64,000 nucleotides of DNA from positions 12,655 through 76,654 of the forward strand of contig CAZFNS010000004.1 in the NCBI GenBank assembly GCA_964520475.1, read 5' to 3'. The position numbers and the translations under genes were made by a program. This DNA is from an uncultured Enterobacterales bacterium (GTDB lineage: Bacteria > Pseudomonadota > Gammaproteobacteria > Enterobacterales > Succinivibrionaceae). Numbering within the stretch: the stretch's first letter is position 1; each line of letters starts with the position of its first letter. Below are positions 1-9,285 of the stretch, piece by piece. The notes below the pieces were generated by a model. That model searched no databases, was not told the origin of the DNA, and was given only the letters and a program-made list of their open reading frames with translations.

Positions 1-262
1 CGATGATGTTGAAGCGGTGCTTCTTGTACTGATGGTCCATGCCGTCCCAGAAACAGGTGGTGGCGGCCGAAGTGATGGTGATGCCGCGCTCCTGCTCCTG
101 TTCCATCCAGTCCATGGTGGCGGCGCCATCGTGCACCTCGCCGATCTTGTGGTTCACGCCGGTGTAAAACAGAATGCGCTCTGTGGTGGTGGTCTTGCCG
201 GCGTCGATGTGAGCCGAAATACCGATGTTGCGGTAGAGCTCAATTGGTGTTTGACGAGCCAA
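1..262 (-). CDS. fusA: Elongation factor G, N-terminal fragment (gene continues beyond window start)
   Basis: This ORF is not in the ORF track because it runs off the window. The reverse complement reads (TTG)[71 protein letters not shown], which is the EF-G G-domain with the [10 protein letters not shown]-loop. An AGGA lies about 9 nt upstream of the TTG start. It follows rpsG as in the str operon. Confidence 0.9.
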   Translation of the reverse strand, partial: MARQTPIELYRNIGISAHIDAGKTTTTERILFYTGVNHKIGEVHDGAATMDWMEQEQERGITITSAATTCFWDGMDHQYKKHRFNII

Positions 263-346
263 AATAAAAATCCTCTCAATTCGTCCGGATCGCGGACGGA
301 ATAACTAATGCGACGGAAGGCCGCGCCGGAGCGCGGCCCGGGGATC

Positions 347-817
347 CTACCAGCGGTAGTGGGCGAACGCCTTGTTCGCCTCCGCCATGCGGTGAATGTC
401 TTCACGCTTCTTAACGGCGGCCCCTTTGTTGTCGGCGGCGTCCAGCAGCTCGCCGGCCAGGCGCTGGGCCATGGATTTTTCGCCGCGGGAGCGGGCGGCG
501 TCGACCAGCCAGCGCATCGCCAGAGCGTTGCGGCGCACCGGGCGCACTTCCACCGGAACCTGATAGGTTGAACCGCCGACGCGGCGGGATTTGACTTCAA
601 CCGAAGGACGGATGTGATCGAGCGCCTCTTCGAAAATAACCAGATGCTCCTTGCCGCTCTTCTGGGCGATGATGTCAAGGGCACCGTAAACGATGCTTTC
701 CGATACTGACTTCTTACCGTCTACCATGACGATATTGATGAATTTAGCCAGCAATTCCGAACCGAACTTGGGATCAGGCAGAATCTTGCGCTGTCCCGCG
801 ACACGACGTCTAGGCAT
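347..817 (-). CDS. rpsG: 30S ribosomal protein S7
   Basis: The 156-aa product [28 protein letters not shown]...HYRW is a typical S7. It has an ATG start and sits between rpsL and fusA. Confidence 0.97.
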   Translation of the reverse strand: MPRRRVAGQRKILPDPKFGSELLAKFINIVMVDGKKSVSESIVYGALDIIAQKSGKEHLVIFEEALDHIRPSVEVKSRRVGGSTYQVPVEVRPVRRNALAMRWLVDAARSRGEKSMAQRLAGELLDAADNKGAAVKKREDIHRMAEANKAFAHYRW

Positions 818-910
818 TTAAAAAATTCCTCGTATTTTCAGGGTTTACCCAAAACCATATGTAAAATTCAGTTAAAAACGCAAGTTTGGCCTTACTTAAC
901 GGGGAATCCG

Positions 911-1285
911 TCAGGCCTTGGGCCTTTTCACGCCGTACTTGGAACGGCCCTGCTTGCGATCCTTCACGCCCGCGCAGTCCAGCGCGCCGCGGATGGTATG
1001 ATAGCGCACGCCCGGCAGATCCTTGACGCGGCCGCCCCTGATGAGCACCACGGAGTGCTCCTGCAGGTTGTGACCCTCGCCGCCGATGTATGAGGAAACC
1101 TCAAAACCGTTGGTCAAACGCACGCGACATACCTTCCGAATGGCCGAGTTGGGCTTCTTCGGGGTAGTGGTGTACACACGGGTGCATACGCCGCGTTTCT
1201 GCGGGCAGGCTTCAAGGGCGGGAACCTTGTTCTTGACGACCTGCTTGACACGGGGCTTGCGCACCAGCTGATTGATTGTAGCCAT
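911..1285 (-). CDS. rpsL: 30S ribosomal protein S12
   Basis: The 124-aa product [12 protein letters not shown]...[22 protein letters not shown] is a canonical S12. Confidence 0.97.
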   Translation of the reverse strand: MATINQLVRKPRVKQVVKNKVPALEACPQKRGVCTRVYTTTPKKPNSAIRKVCRVRLTNGFEVSSYIGGEGHNLQEHSVVLIRGGRVKDLPGVRYHTIRGALDCAGVKDRKQGRSKYGVKRPKA

Positions 1286-1394
1286 TTACGCTCCCAAAAT
1301 TATCTGCAAAAAATACCGGCCGGACGAATCCGGTCGCGCTGCGGTTTCCCCTCTTTTCGCAGCCGGCGAAAAAAAACGGGAAAACAGTCAGCGA

Positions 1395-1423
1395 ATTATA
1401 CATTTACGCGAAGCAAAATTCAA
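1395..1423 (-). promoter_or_regulatory. sigma70-type promoter for rpsL-rpsG-fusA (TTGAAT-17 nt-TATAAT)
   Basis: The minus strand reads TTGAAT tttgcttcgcgtaaatg TATAAT about 110 nt upstream of the rpsL ATG. It lies just downstream of the tusB stop. Confidence 0.55.
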
Positions 1424-1447
1424 CAAAAGCCCGCGGATAAAGCGAAA

Positions 1448-1717
1448 TTATTTCCACACCAGCGGGCTGCCGCCCGCGGCGATCAGGGCGGCGATGTCCC
1501 GGCGGTCCGCCGCGGGGACGCCGCGCCCGGCCGCCTCGGCGGCCAGGCCGAAGGCTCTCAGGGAATCCCCGTCGGCCAGGACGCGGACCCCGGGAGGAAA
1601 ATCCTCCCCGAGGAAGGACACCCCCCGGCCGGCGAGGACGACGGCGTCCCCCGGGGAGGCCAGCGCCAGGCAGGCGCGGAAAGACGCGGCGTCGCCGCCG
1701 GCGACCAGATGGATCAT
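1448..1717 (-). CDS. tusB: Sulfurtransferase complex subunit TusB (DsrH family)
   Basis: The product is 89 aa, MIHLVAGG...SPGDAVVLAGRGV...SPLVWK. Size, pattern and position immediately upstream of rpsL match E. coli tusB (yheL). Confidence 0.8.
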   Translation of the reverse strand: MIHLVAGGDAASFRACLALASPGDAVVLAGRGVSFLGEDFPPGVRVLADGDSLRAFGLAAEAAGRGVPAADRRDIAALIAAGGSPLVWK

Positions 1718-1724
1718 GACGGCC

Positions 1725-2108
1725 TCACAAGGTAAAAAAATGGTCGCACTCCGCCGCGAGGGCGGCGCAGCCCGCGGCGTCGAGGGGCCGCGCCAGCCGG
1801 ACGAAGGCGGCGCACCGCCCGTCGTCCTTCACCGCGTCGAAATACGCGGCGAGGGCGCGGTCCGGGGCGTCGAGATAAAAAACGCGGGTGACGTCGTAAA
1901 GCTCCAGCATGCCGAGGGTTCTGACGAAATCGCGCTCCCCCGCGCCCTCCGGGGCAAGCTCGGCGAGGCGGCGGAGCAGCGGGAGGGATCCCCCCGCGAA
2001 CAGCACGCGCGTGTCCGCGTTGAAGGCGCTCACGCCCAGAATGAAATCGAGCGCCTCCCTGAATCTTCCCGGCGTCGGGGCGGTCACGACGCATAAAATC
2101 TTCTTCAC
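1725..2108 (-). CDS. tusC: Sulfurtransferase complex subunit TusC (DsrF family)
   Basis: The ORF track frame 1725..2186 was trimmed to the GTG at 2106-2108 (VKKILCVVTAPTPG...). This start aligns with E. coli TusC MKRIAFVFSTAPHG. The GTGA overlaps the tusD stop. Confidence 0.78.
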   Translation of the reverse strand: MKKILCVVTAPTPGRFREALDFILGVSAFNADTRVLFAGGSLPLLRRLAELAPEGAGERDFVRTLGMLELYDVTRVFYLDAPDRALAAYFDAVKDDGRCAAFVRLARPLDAAGCAALAAECDHFFTL

Positions 2109-2461
2109 AGCGAAATCACCCTGTCCGCCTCCGCGGCGAGCCCGGAAAGCTCGCCGAGCCCCGCCGGCCGGAAGGCGGGATGGCACGCCGCGGCCGTCAC
2201 CCCGCGCCTCAGCCCGGCGGCCTCGCAGTAAAAAACGTCCGCCGCCGCGGCGATGCGCTTCAGCTGCGCGAGGGGGTCGTACTCGTCGGACGCGGGCGAA
2301 ACGGCGCTCAGCGCGTTGTAAACGCCGTCGCCGTACAGGAACAGGCTCAGCCGGTGGCCGAGCCCGACGACGGCCTCGGCGAGATCGAGCGCCAGCTTGA
2401 GCGCGGGATCGCCGTAAGGCGGGGCGGTGACGACAATCAGAAATTTCACGGCGGGAACCAT
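2105..2461 (-). CDS. tusD: Sulfurtransferase TusD (DsrE family)
   Basis: The frame 2105..2500 was trimmed to the ATG at 2459-2461 (MVPAVKFLIVVTAPPYG...). The GTG at 2449 is an alternative start. It resembles E. coli TusD MRFAIVVTGPAYG. Confidence 0.78.
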   Translation of the reverse strand: MVPAVKFLIVVTAPPYGDPALKLALDLAEAVVGLGHRLSLFLYGDGVYNALSAVSPASDEYDPLAQLKRIAAAADVFYCEAAGLRRGVTAAACHPAFRPAGLGELSGLAAEADRVISL

Positions 2462-2558
2462 CCGGCCGGGAGCGGGCGGGGGAGCCGCGTCCCGGATCAT
2501 GCGGCGGGGAGCCGGCCGCGGGCGGCCGGGATCTCCCCGTCCTTATTTATTAATGACG

Positions 2559-2581
2559 AAAAAGCCCCGCCGGAGCGGGGC
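2559..2581 (-). terminator. Rho-independent terminator after ridA
   Basis: The minus strand reads CCCCGC-tccg-GCGGGG followed by CTTTTTCG, about 40 nt after the ridA stop. Confidence 0.6.
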
Positions 2582-2620
2582 CGCGGCGTCCGCGCGCGGG
2601 GTTTTCCCCGCGGGAGCCGC

Positions 2621-3004
2621 CTACTCCTTCCAGGCGACGAGCTCGACCTCGCACCGGACGTCCTTCGGGAGCCTCGCCACCTCCACGCACGATCTCGCGG
2701 GCGCGGACTTGCCGAAATACTCGGCGTAGACTTCGTTGAACGCCGCGAAATCGTTCATGTCGCTGATGAAGCAGGTCGTCTTGACCACGTCGGCAGGCTC
2801 GTAACCCGCGCTCGCCAGGATGGCGAGGAGATTTTTGCACGCCTGGCGGGCCTGATCCTTCACGTCGCCGGCCACCAGGGCGCCGGTGTGCGGATCCAGC
2901 GGGATCTGCCCCGAAGTGAACAGAAAATTGCCGGCTTTTACGGCCTGAACGTACGGGCCGATGGCTGCCGGAGCCTCTGATGTGTAGATAACGGTTTTGG
3001 TCAT
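2621..3004 (-). CDS. ridA: RidA/YjgF-family reactive-intermediate (enamine/imine) deaminase
   Basis: The 127-aa product [38 protein letters not shown]...[21 protein letters not shown] is a canonical YjgF/RidA signature. Confidence 0.88.
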   Translation of the reverse strand: MTKTVIYTSEAPAAIGPYVQAVKAGNFLFTSGQIPLDPHTGALVAGDVKDQARQACKNLLAILASAGYEPADVVKTTCFISDMNDFAAFNEVYAEYFGKSAPARSCVEVARLPKDVRCEVELVAWKE

Positions 3005-3113
3005 GATGTCCTATCCTCCGCGGCGTTCCGCCGGAATTGCCGGGGCCCTCCATACAGCAAACAGTCCCCCGCCTTTACAGGAGAGGGACCGGATGCGCGG
3101 GAAGGCCGCGCCG

Positions 3114-3473
3114 TTACTTGAGCTCGACCTTGGCGCCGGCGTCCTCGAGAGACTTCTTGAGGGCTTCGGCCTCGGCCTTGGCGATGGCTTCCTTGATCTT
3201 GGCCGGAGCGGACTCGACCAGTTCCTTGGCCTCCTTGAGGCCCAGGCCGGTGGCGGCGCGCACGGCTTTGATTACGTTGATCTTGTTGGCTCCGAAGTCG
3301 GCGAGGATGACGTCGAACTCGGTCTTCTCCTCGACCGGGGCGGCGGCGGCCGGGCCGGCGACCACGGCGGCCGCGGCGGAAACGCCGAACTTCTCTTCCA
3401 TGGCGGCGACGAGATCCACAACCTCGACCACGGTCATCTTGGCAATCGCATCTAAAATTTCTTCTTTAGTCAT
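3114..3473 (-). CDS. rplL: 50S ribosomal protein L7/L12
   Basis: The product is 119 aa, with an Ala-rich hinge and a C-terminal ...[20 protein letters not shown]...VELK. Confidence 0.97.
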   Translation of the reverse strand: MTKEEILDAIAKMTVVEVVDLVAAMEEKFGVSAAAAVVAGPAAAAPVEEKTEFDVILADFGANKINVIKAVRAATGLGLKEAKELVESAPAKIKEAIAKAEAEALKKSLEDAGAKVELK

Positions 3474-3512
3474 TTGATTATTTCCTAAACTTGGTAAAAG
3501 CTGAAACTGTAA

Positions 3513-4013
3513 TTAAGCCGCTTCCTTGAGCTTGTCGGCGTACGCGGCCAGGGTACGGACGAGTTTGCCCGCGGCGGCTTCCTTCATGGTAGCCATGAGA
3601 CGGGCGATCGCTTCGTCGTAGGTCGGCAGCGTGGCCAGAAGATCAATGTCGTCGGCCGGAATGAATTTGCCTTCGAACGCGGCGCCTTTAATGGTGAAAT
3701 TCTTGTTCTGCTTCGCGAATTCCTTGAACAGGCGGGCGGCGGCGCCCGGATGATCGAAGGAGAAAGCGACAAGAGTCGGCCCGGTAAAGGTCTCGGCCAT
3801 GCACTCGTACTCGGTGCCCTTGACGGCGCGGCCGAGCAGTGAGTTGCGCACCACGCGGGCGTCCACCTGGTTGTCGCGGCACAGCTTGCGCAAGGCAGTC
3901 ATGTCGGCGGCGGCGACGCCGCGGGAATCCGCGGTCACGGCTGATTTAGCGTTCTTGGCAAGTTCGGCGACTTCGGCTACTATAGCTTTCTTGTCGTTGA
4001 TTAATAATGCCAT
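3513..4013 (-). CDS. rplJ: 50S ribosomal protein L10
   Basis: The product is 166 aa and the gene lies directly upstream of rplL. The L10-like sequence is [17 protein letters not shown]... Confidence 0.95.
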   Translation of the reverse strand: MALLINDKKAIVAEVAELAKNAKSAVTADSRGVAAADMTALRKLCRDNQVDARVVRNSLLGRAVKGTEYECMAETFTGPTLVAFSFDHPGAAARLFKEFAKQNKNFTIKGAAFEGKFIPADDIDLLATLPTYDEAIARLMATMKEAAAGKLVRTLAAYADKLKEAA

Positions 4014-4217
4014 TTAGCATAACTCCTGGAAAAAACCCGGCTCGCGCCGGAACAACCCTTATTCAGGGACTTCGGAAATATCCAGAAAAAAGAAGCTTTT
4101 CTCTGAGTCGTTTCCGTCTGCGCAGGAAATTAAGGTTACCCGCCTGCGGTCTCGGACGGGAGATGGACTCCCGAACATTCTGGGGCGCGCGCCGGCGGCG
4201 CGCGCCCGTAATCAGGT
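4014..4217 (-). promoter_or_regulatory. rplA-rplJ intergenic leader (expected L10 leader/promoter region) with an 11-bp GC hairpin at 4183-4207
   Basis: This is a 204-nt non-coding gap between rplA and rplJ, as in E. coli where the L10(L12)4 operator lies. A perfect hairpin GGGCGCGCGCC-ggc-GGCGCGCGCCC sits 10 nt after the rplA stop and has no U-tract. Confidence 0.4.
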
Positions 4218-4913
4218 TCAGTCGGCGAGAGTGCTCTTGTCGAGAGCCACGCCCGCGCCCATCGTCGACGACAGGAACACCTTGGTGATGTACTGTCCCT
4301 TCGACGCGGCCGGCTTGGCCTTCTTGATCGCGGAGATCAGAGCGTTGATGTTCTCGATGATCGCCTCGTCGGTAAAGCTGACTTTGCCCACCGCGGACTG
4401 GATGTTGCCCTGCTTGTCGTTGCGGTAGCGCACCTGGCCGGCGATGGCGTTCTTCACGGCCTCGGCGACGTTGGGGGTCACGGTGCCGACCTTCGGGTTC
4501 GGCATCAGGCCGCGGGGACCGAGGATCTGGCCCAGCTGGCCGACCACGCGCATCGCGTCCGGAGAGGCGATGACCACGTCGAAGGCGATTTCGCCGCTCT
4601 TGACCTGCTGCGCGAGGTCTTCCATGCCGACGTACTGCGCCCCGGCGGCTCTGGCCTCGTCGGCCCTGGCCCCCTGGGTGAACACGGCGACGCGCACGGT
4701 CTTGCCGGTGCCGTTGGGCAGAACCACCGAGCCGCGCACGGTCTGATCCGACTTGCGCGGATCGATGCCGAGGTGCACGGCCACGTCGACGGACTCGTCG
4801 AACTTGCAGGTGGCGAACTTGCGGATTATCGCGACCGCCTCGGCGACCGGATACTCGCGGGATCTGTCGAGGCCTTCCCTGATTGCCTTCACGCGCTTAG
4901 ATAATTTAGCCAT
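4218..4913 (-). CDS. rplA: 50S ribosomal protein L1
   Basis: The product is 231 aa, [14 protein letters not shown]...[14 protein letters not shown]. It lies 3 nt after rplK. Confidence 0.97.
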   Translation of the reverse strand: MAKLSKRVKAIREGLDRSREYPVAEAVAIIRKFATCKFDESVDVAVHLGIDPRKSDQTVRGSVVLPNGTGKTVRVAVFTQGARADEARAAGAQYVGMEDLAQQVKSGEIAFDVVIASPDAMRVVGQLGQILGPRGLMPNPKVGTVTPNVAEAVKNAIAGQVRYRNDKQGNIQSAVGKVSFTDEAIIENINALISAIKKAKPAASKGQYITKVFLSSTMGAGVALDKSTLAD

Positions 4914-4916
4914 CCG

Positions 4917-5345
4917 TCAATCCTCCACCTGAATGCCCATGGAACGCGCGGTGCCGGCGATCGAGCGGGCCGACGCCTCGGCGTCCGCTCCCGTCATGTC
5001 GCCTTCCTTCTTGCCCGCGATCTCGAGGAGCTGAGCCTTGGTAATCCTGCCCACGGACTCCGAGCCCGGCTTGTGGGAGCCGGTTTCGATGCCGAGGGTC
5101 TTCTTGATGAGGTAGGAAGCCGGCGGGGTCCTGGTGATGAAAGTGAACGATTTGTCGGAATATACGGTAATGACGACCGGTACGGGCGAGCCCTTGTCCA
5201 TCTTTTCGGTTCTGGCGTTGAACGCCTTGCAGAACTCCATGATGTTCACGCCGTGCTGACCGAGGGCCGGTCCGACCGGAGGGGCCGGATTGGCCATGCC
5301 GGCCTTTACCTGAAGCTTGACATAAGCCTGAACTTTCTTAGCCAT
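4917..5345 (-). CDS. rplK: 50S ribosomal protein L11
   Basis: The product is 142 aa, [44 protein letters not shown]. Confidence 0.97.
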   Translation of the reverse strand: MAKKVQAYVKLQVKAGMANPAPPVGPALGQHGVNIMEFCKAFNARTEKMDKGSPVPVVITVYSDKSFTFITRTPPASYLIKKTLGIETGSHKPGSESVGRITKAQLLEIAGKKEGDMTGADAEASARSIAGTARSMGIQVED

Positions 5346-5440
5346 ATTTATGTGTGCCTCACGGGTGCGAACGCGCGCGCCGGGCGCGCGCTCCCCATTG
5401 ATTGAAAAGAATAACGCCTCCGCGGAACGGAGGTGTTGAG

Positions 5441-5468
5441 ATTATACCCAATTTCCGCCGCGAGTCAA
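5441..5468 (-). promoter_or_regulatory. sigma70-type promoter for rplKA (TTGACT-16 nt-TATAAT)
   Basis: The minus strand reads TTGACT cgcggcggaaattggg TATAAT. It lies between the nusG terminator and rplK. Confidence 0.6.
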
Positions 5469-5481
5469 CAGAATTATGCGC

Positions 5482-5514
5482 CAAAACAAAAAGGCTTCCC
5501 GCGGAAGCCTTTTT
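5482..5514 (-). terminator. Rho-independent terminator after nusG
   Basis: The minus strand reads AAGGCTTCC-gcg-GGAAGCCTT followed by TTTGTTTTGG. Confidence 0.65.
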
Positions 5515-5547
5515 CGCCGGGCGTGAACCGCCCGGGACGGATCCCCG

Positions 5548-6114
5548 TCAGAGATCCTTTTCCACCTGCGAGAAATCCAGGTCGACCGGGGTGTCGCGCC
5601 CGAAAATGGAGATCGAGACGGTGACGCGGTTTTTCTCGTAATCGACCTCCTCGACGATGCCGGTGAAGTCCTTGAAGGCGCCGTCCTTGGCCCTGACCTT
5701 CTCCCCGACCTCGAACTTGGTCTTCTGGGTGGGGGCGTTCTCGGTCTCCTTGAGCCGGCCGAGGATCTTTTCGGCCTCTTCGTCGGTGATCGGCATGGGG
5801 TGGTCGATGTTGCCGCCCACGAAGCCCAGCACCCGGTCCGTGTAGCGCACGAACAGCCACGACTTTTCGGTCATCGCCATATGGATGAGCACGTAGCCGG
5901 GGAAGAACTTGCGCTGGGACTCCTTCTTCTTGCCGTCCTTATATTCCTTGACCCTTTCCATGGGAACCAGGACATCGTCGATCAGCTCCTTCATCTCCTC
6001 GTTGTTTTCGAGGCTCTGGAGCAGATTCTCCTTAACCCGCAGCTCGTATCCGGAGAAAGCCTGAATGACGTACCATCTCTTCCTGGGCTGCTGATTCGCG
6101 TTGTCTGTCGTCAT
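5548..6114 (-). CDS. nusG: Transcription termination/antitermination factor NusG
   Basis: The track ORF begins at the TTG at 6135. It was trimmed to the ATG at 6112-6114, which has GGGGA upstream. The sequence ...PRKRWYVIQAFSGYELRVKENL... matches E. coli KKRWYVVQAFSGFE. Confidence 0.95.
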   Translation of the reverse strand: MTTDNANQQPRKRWYVIQAFSGYELRVKENLLQSLENNEEMKELIDDVLVPMERVKEYKDGKKKESQRKFFPGYVLIHMAMTEKSWLFVRYTDRVLGFVGGNIDHPMPITDEEAEKILGRLKETENAPTQKTKFEVGEKVRAKDGAFKDFTGIVEEVDYEKNRVTVSISIFGRDTPVDLDFSQVEKDL

Positions 6115-6131
6115 AGCCGTGTCCCCGCGCG

Positions 6132-6584
6132 TCAAATGGAGTTGATTTTATCCAGAATAAACATAAAGATCATGTCGAAGACCCAGAGCATCGCGGCTAT
6201 GAGCACCGCGATGAAGCCGACCATTATGGTCACCTGCTTGGTCTTCTGGGCGTCGGGCCACACGACCTTCCGCACCTCGATGTAAGACTCCCTGGCGAAG
6301 GACAGGCCCTGCCGGCCCTTGTTGGTGAACAGCGCGACCACGACCGCCAGCAGCACGACGACGACCACGCCGACGCCTTTGAGCAGCGCGTTGACGCTGT
6401 CGGCGAACACGTCGCCGTATTCCTTGTTCAGATAGTAGTTGCCGAAAACGGCGGCCGCGCACAGCAGCACCGATAAAAACCAGAGAAAGGCGTTCGCGGC
6501 GCCGGAGATCTGGGTGTTCAGAAAACCGTCCGCGCTCCGGGAAGCCGTGCTAACCGGATTTTTGTTCTCAGCCTTGGGAGCCAT
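6132..6584 (-). CDS. secE: Preprotein translocase subunit SecE
   Basis: The product is a 150-aa membrane protein with several hydrophobic segments. Its C-terminus ...VRKVVWPDAQKTKQVTIMV... is SecE-like. The gene lies between tuf and nusG. Confidence 0.85.
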   Translation of the reverse strand: MAPKAENKNPVSTASRSADGFLNTQISGAANAFLWFLSVLLCAAAVFGNYYLNKEYGDVFADSVNALLKGVGVVVVVLLAVVVALFTNKGRQGLSFARESYIEVRKVVWPDAQKTKQVTIMVGFIAVLIAAMLWVFDMIFMFILDKINSI

Positions 6585-6668
6585 TGCGTAAAATCCTTAA
6601 AACCGGTCTGTGTTCGCCGCGGACCGGCTCCGCCGGTTTTAAACGGAGCCGGTCCGGTGTTGGTATCT

Positions 6669-6697
6669 AAAAAAACCCCGTCGTCCGGCGGGGTTTT
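6669..6697 (-). terminator. Rho-independent terminator after tuf
   Basis: The minus strand reads CCCCGCCGGACGACGGGG followed by TTTTTTT. Confidence 0.65.
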
Positions 6698-6714
6698 CGT
6701 CCGGCGTCGGGCTT

Positions 6715-7899
6715 TTACTCGATGACGTTGGCCACCACGCCGGCGCCCACGGTGCGGCCGCCCTCGCGGATCGCGAAGCGCAGACCCTGCTCCATGGCGA
6801 TCGGGTGAATCAGCGTTACGATCATCTTCACGTTGTCGCCCGGCATTACCATCTCGGCGCCGCCCTCAAGCTCGATCGTGCCCGTGATGTCCGTCGTCCG
6901 GAAGTAGAACTGCGGACGGTACCCCTTAACGAACGGAGTGTGACGGCCGCCTTCTTCCTTGGTCAGCACGTACACTTCCGACTCGAACTTGGTGTGCGGA
7001 GTGATCGAACCCGGCTTCGCCACAACCTGCCCGCGCTCGACTTCCTCTCTCTTCGTGCCGCGCAGCAGTATGCCCACGTTGTCGCCCGCGCGTCCCTCGT
7101 CCAGCAGCTTGCGGAACATCTCGACGCCCGTGCAGGTCGTCTTGCTCGTCGGCCTGATGCCCACGATTTCGATTTCGTCGCCCACGTGGATAACGCCGCG
7201 CTCGACGCGACCCGTCACCACGGTGCCGCGGCCGGAAATCGAGAACACGTCCTCAATCGGCAGCAGGAACGGATGGTCGACGTCGCGAACCGGGTCCGGA
7301 ATGTACGAGTCGAGCACGTCCGCCAGCTCGGTGATCTTCTCTTCCCACTGCGCCTCGCCGTTCAGCGCGCCCAGCGCCGAACCGCGGATGATCGGGGTGT
7401 CGTCGCCCGGGAACTCGTACTCGGTCAGCAGGTCGCGGACTTCCATCTCAACCAGGTCCAGCAGCTCCTCGTCGTCCACCATGTCGCACTTGTTCAGAAA
7501 CACCACGATGTACGGAACGCCTACCTGACGCGCCAGCAGAATGTGCTCGCGGGTCTGCGGCATCGGTCCGTCCGTCGCCGCGACCACCAGAATCGCCCCG
7601 TCCATCTGCGCGGCGCCCGTGATCATGTTCTTCACGTAGTCCGCGTGGCCCGGGCAGTCGACGTGCGCGTAGTGACGCGTCTTCGTCGCGTACTCCACGT
7701 GCGACGTGTTGATCGTGATGCCGCGGCTCTTCTCTTCCGGAGCGTTGTCAATCTGGTCAAACGCCTTCGCCTCGCCACCGTACTTCTTCGCCAGCACCGT
7801 GGTGATGGCGGCCGTCAGGGTGGTCTTCCCATGGTCTACGTGACCGATTGTACCTACGTTCACGTTAGTCTTTGTACGTTCAAATTTTTCCTTTGACAT
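6715..7899 (-). CDS. tuf: Elongation factor Tu
   Basis: The 394-aa product [33 protein letters not shown]... is a canonical EF-Tu. Confidence 0.98.
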   Translation of the reverse strand: MSKEKFERTKTNVNVGTIGHVDHGKTTLTAAITTVLAKKYGGEAKAFDQIDNAPEEKSRGITINTSHVEYATKTRHYAHVDCPGHADYVKNMITGAAQMDGAILVVAATDGPMPQTREHILLARQVGVPYIVVFLNKCDMVDDEELLDLVEMEVRDLLTEYEFPGDDTPIIRGSALGALNGEAQWEEKITELADVLDSYIPDPVRDVDHPFLLPIEDVFSISGRGTVVTGRVERGVIHVGDEIEIVGIRPTSKTTCTGVEMFRKLLDEGRAGDNVGILLRGTKREEVERGQVVAKPGSITPHTKFESEVYVLTKEEGGRHTPFVKGYRPQFYFRTTDITGTIELEGGAEMVMPGDNVKMIVTLIHPIAMEQGLRFAIREGGRTVGAGVVANVIE

Positions 7900-7982
7900 A
7901 CTTAGTTCCTCTAATTAAGCGATCACTGCAGGCTCAATCGCCACAGTTTCTGACAATGTGAAAAAAATGGATCTTAAACACC

Positions 7983-8057
<75 letters not shown>

Positions 8058-8080
8058 CCTTATCGTATACAAGCCGTGAA

Positions 8081-8165
<85 letters not shown>

Positions 8166-8211
8166 AGTCAGGCTATGCTCCGGTGACTTCTCAGCCACCC
8201 TGTGAGAGCGC

Positions 8212-8240
8212 ATATTACATTAAAAAAGAATCGCGTGCAA
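8212..8240 (-). promoter_or_regulatory. Strong sigma70-type promoter for tRNA-Tyr/tRNA-Gly/tuf (TTGCAC-17 nt-TAATAT, GC-rich discriminator)
   Basis: The minus strand reads TTGCAC gcgattcttttttaatg TAATAT gcgctc. An AT-rich stretch lies upstream and resembles an UP element. The promoter is about 45 nt before tRNA-Tyr. Confidence 0.65.
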
Positions 8241-8399
8241 CATGTATTTGTGATTAAATGCCAATTTCGGTCCGGCGGAGCCGCGCGTTAATTAAGGTAA
8301 AAAACGCCCGCCGCGCGGGGCCCGCGGACGCTTTTCCGCGCGCCCCGGAACGGCGTCCCGGGGCGCCGGAGGGGTGCCGCCCGGACGGCGGATTTAAGG

Positions 8400-8405
8400 T
8401 ATAAT
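8400..8405 (+). promoter_or_regulatory. Candidate -10 hexamer (TATAAT) for coaA
   Basis: A ggTATAATgg lies 32 nt upstream of the preferred coaA ATG. No clear -35 element is present. Confidence 0.35.
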
Positions 8406-8436
8406 GGTATCCGCGGGGTGCGGGAGGACGCTTATC

Positions 8437-9285
8437 ATGCCTGGTTTCGAAGATTTCGGCGGGTACCGCCGCGTTTACGCCGGCCCGTCCCCCGCGGACG
8501 ATCCGCTGACCGCGCCCCTGGACGCGCTGATCGCGGCTTCCGGTTTGGCGGGCGCCCTCGCGGACGGCCGCCGCGCCGTCGCGGGCATCGCCGGCCCGGT
8601 GGCCGCGGGGAAGACGACCGCGGCCCGGGCCCTCAAAAAAGCGCTGGAAAGGGCGCTGCCCGGCGCCGGGGCGGAAATTCTCTCCACCGACGGCTTCCTG
8701 TACCCCGCCGCCGCACTCAGGCGCGCCGGCGTCATGGACCTCAAGGGCTTCCCGGTTTCCTACGACTACCCCGCCCTTTTCGCCTTCCTCCGCGCCTTCC
8801 GGGCCGGGGGGAAGAACCTCGCCCACCCCGTCTACTCGCACGAGCTTTACGACGTCCTGCCGGAGCCCGCGGTGCTCAGAGACTGCCGGATCCTCATCAT
8901 CGAGGGAGTCAACGTGCTGTGCGACGCCCCGGGTCCGGCGGGCGGGCCCGAAATCCGGGATTTTCTCGATTTGTCCGTGTACCTGCACGCCGGGCGCCGG
9001 GATCTCCGCCGCTGGTTCGAGGCGCGGTTCGCGCGGCTCGTCGCGGCCGCGGGGGACTCCCCCGGCTCGGCGTTCGCGCGTTTCGCGGCCCTGCCCGCCG
9101 CGGAGGTGCGGCGGGAGATGGACCGCCGCTGGTTCGGCATCAACCTCAGGAACCTGGAGGAGCACATCGGGCCGTCCGCCCGGCACGCCGGGTTCGTCGT
9201 CCGCAAAAACGGCGATCACACCGTGGCCGAGGTTCTGCGCAGAGAGCCGGGGGATCCCGCCGGGTCAGTCCTCGCCGGGTCTTAA
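8437..9285 (+). CDS. coaA: Type I pantothenate kinase
   Basis: The track ORF 8404..9285 was trimmed to the ATG at 8437, which has GGGAGGA 8 nt upstream. The P-loop is IAGPVAAGKTTAAR, followed by ...STDGFLYP...KGFPVSYD...PVYSH..YD...ILIIEGVNVL. Position next to birA and the tRNAs matches E. coli. Confidence 0.85.
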   Translation: MPGFEDFGGYRRVYAGPSPADDPLTAPLDALIAASGLAGALADGRRAVAGIAGPVAAGKTTAARALKKALERALPGAGAEILSTDGFLYPAAALRRAGVMDLKGFPVSYDYPALFAFLRAFRAGGKNLAHPVYSHELYDVLPEPAVLRDCRILIIEGVNVLCDAPGPAGGPEIRDFLDLSVYLHAGRRDLRRWFEARFARLVAAAGDSPGSAFARFAALPAAEVRREMDRRWFGINLRNLEEHIGPSARHAGFVVRKNGDHTVAEVLRREPGDPAGSVLAGS

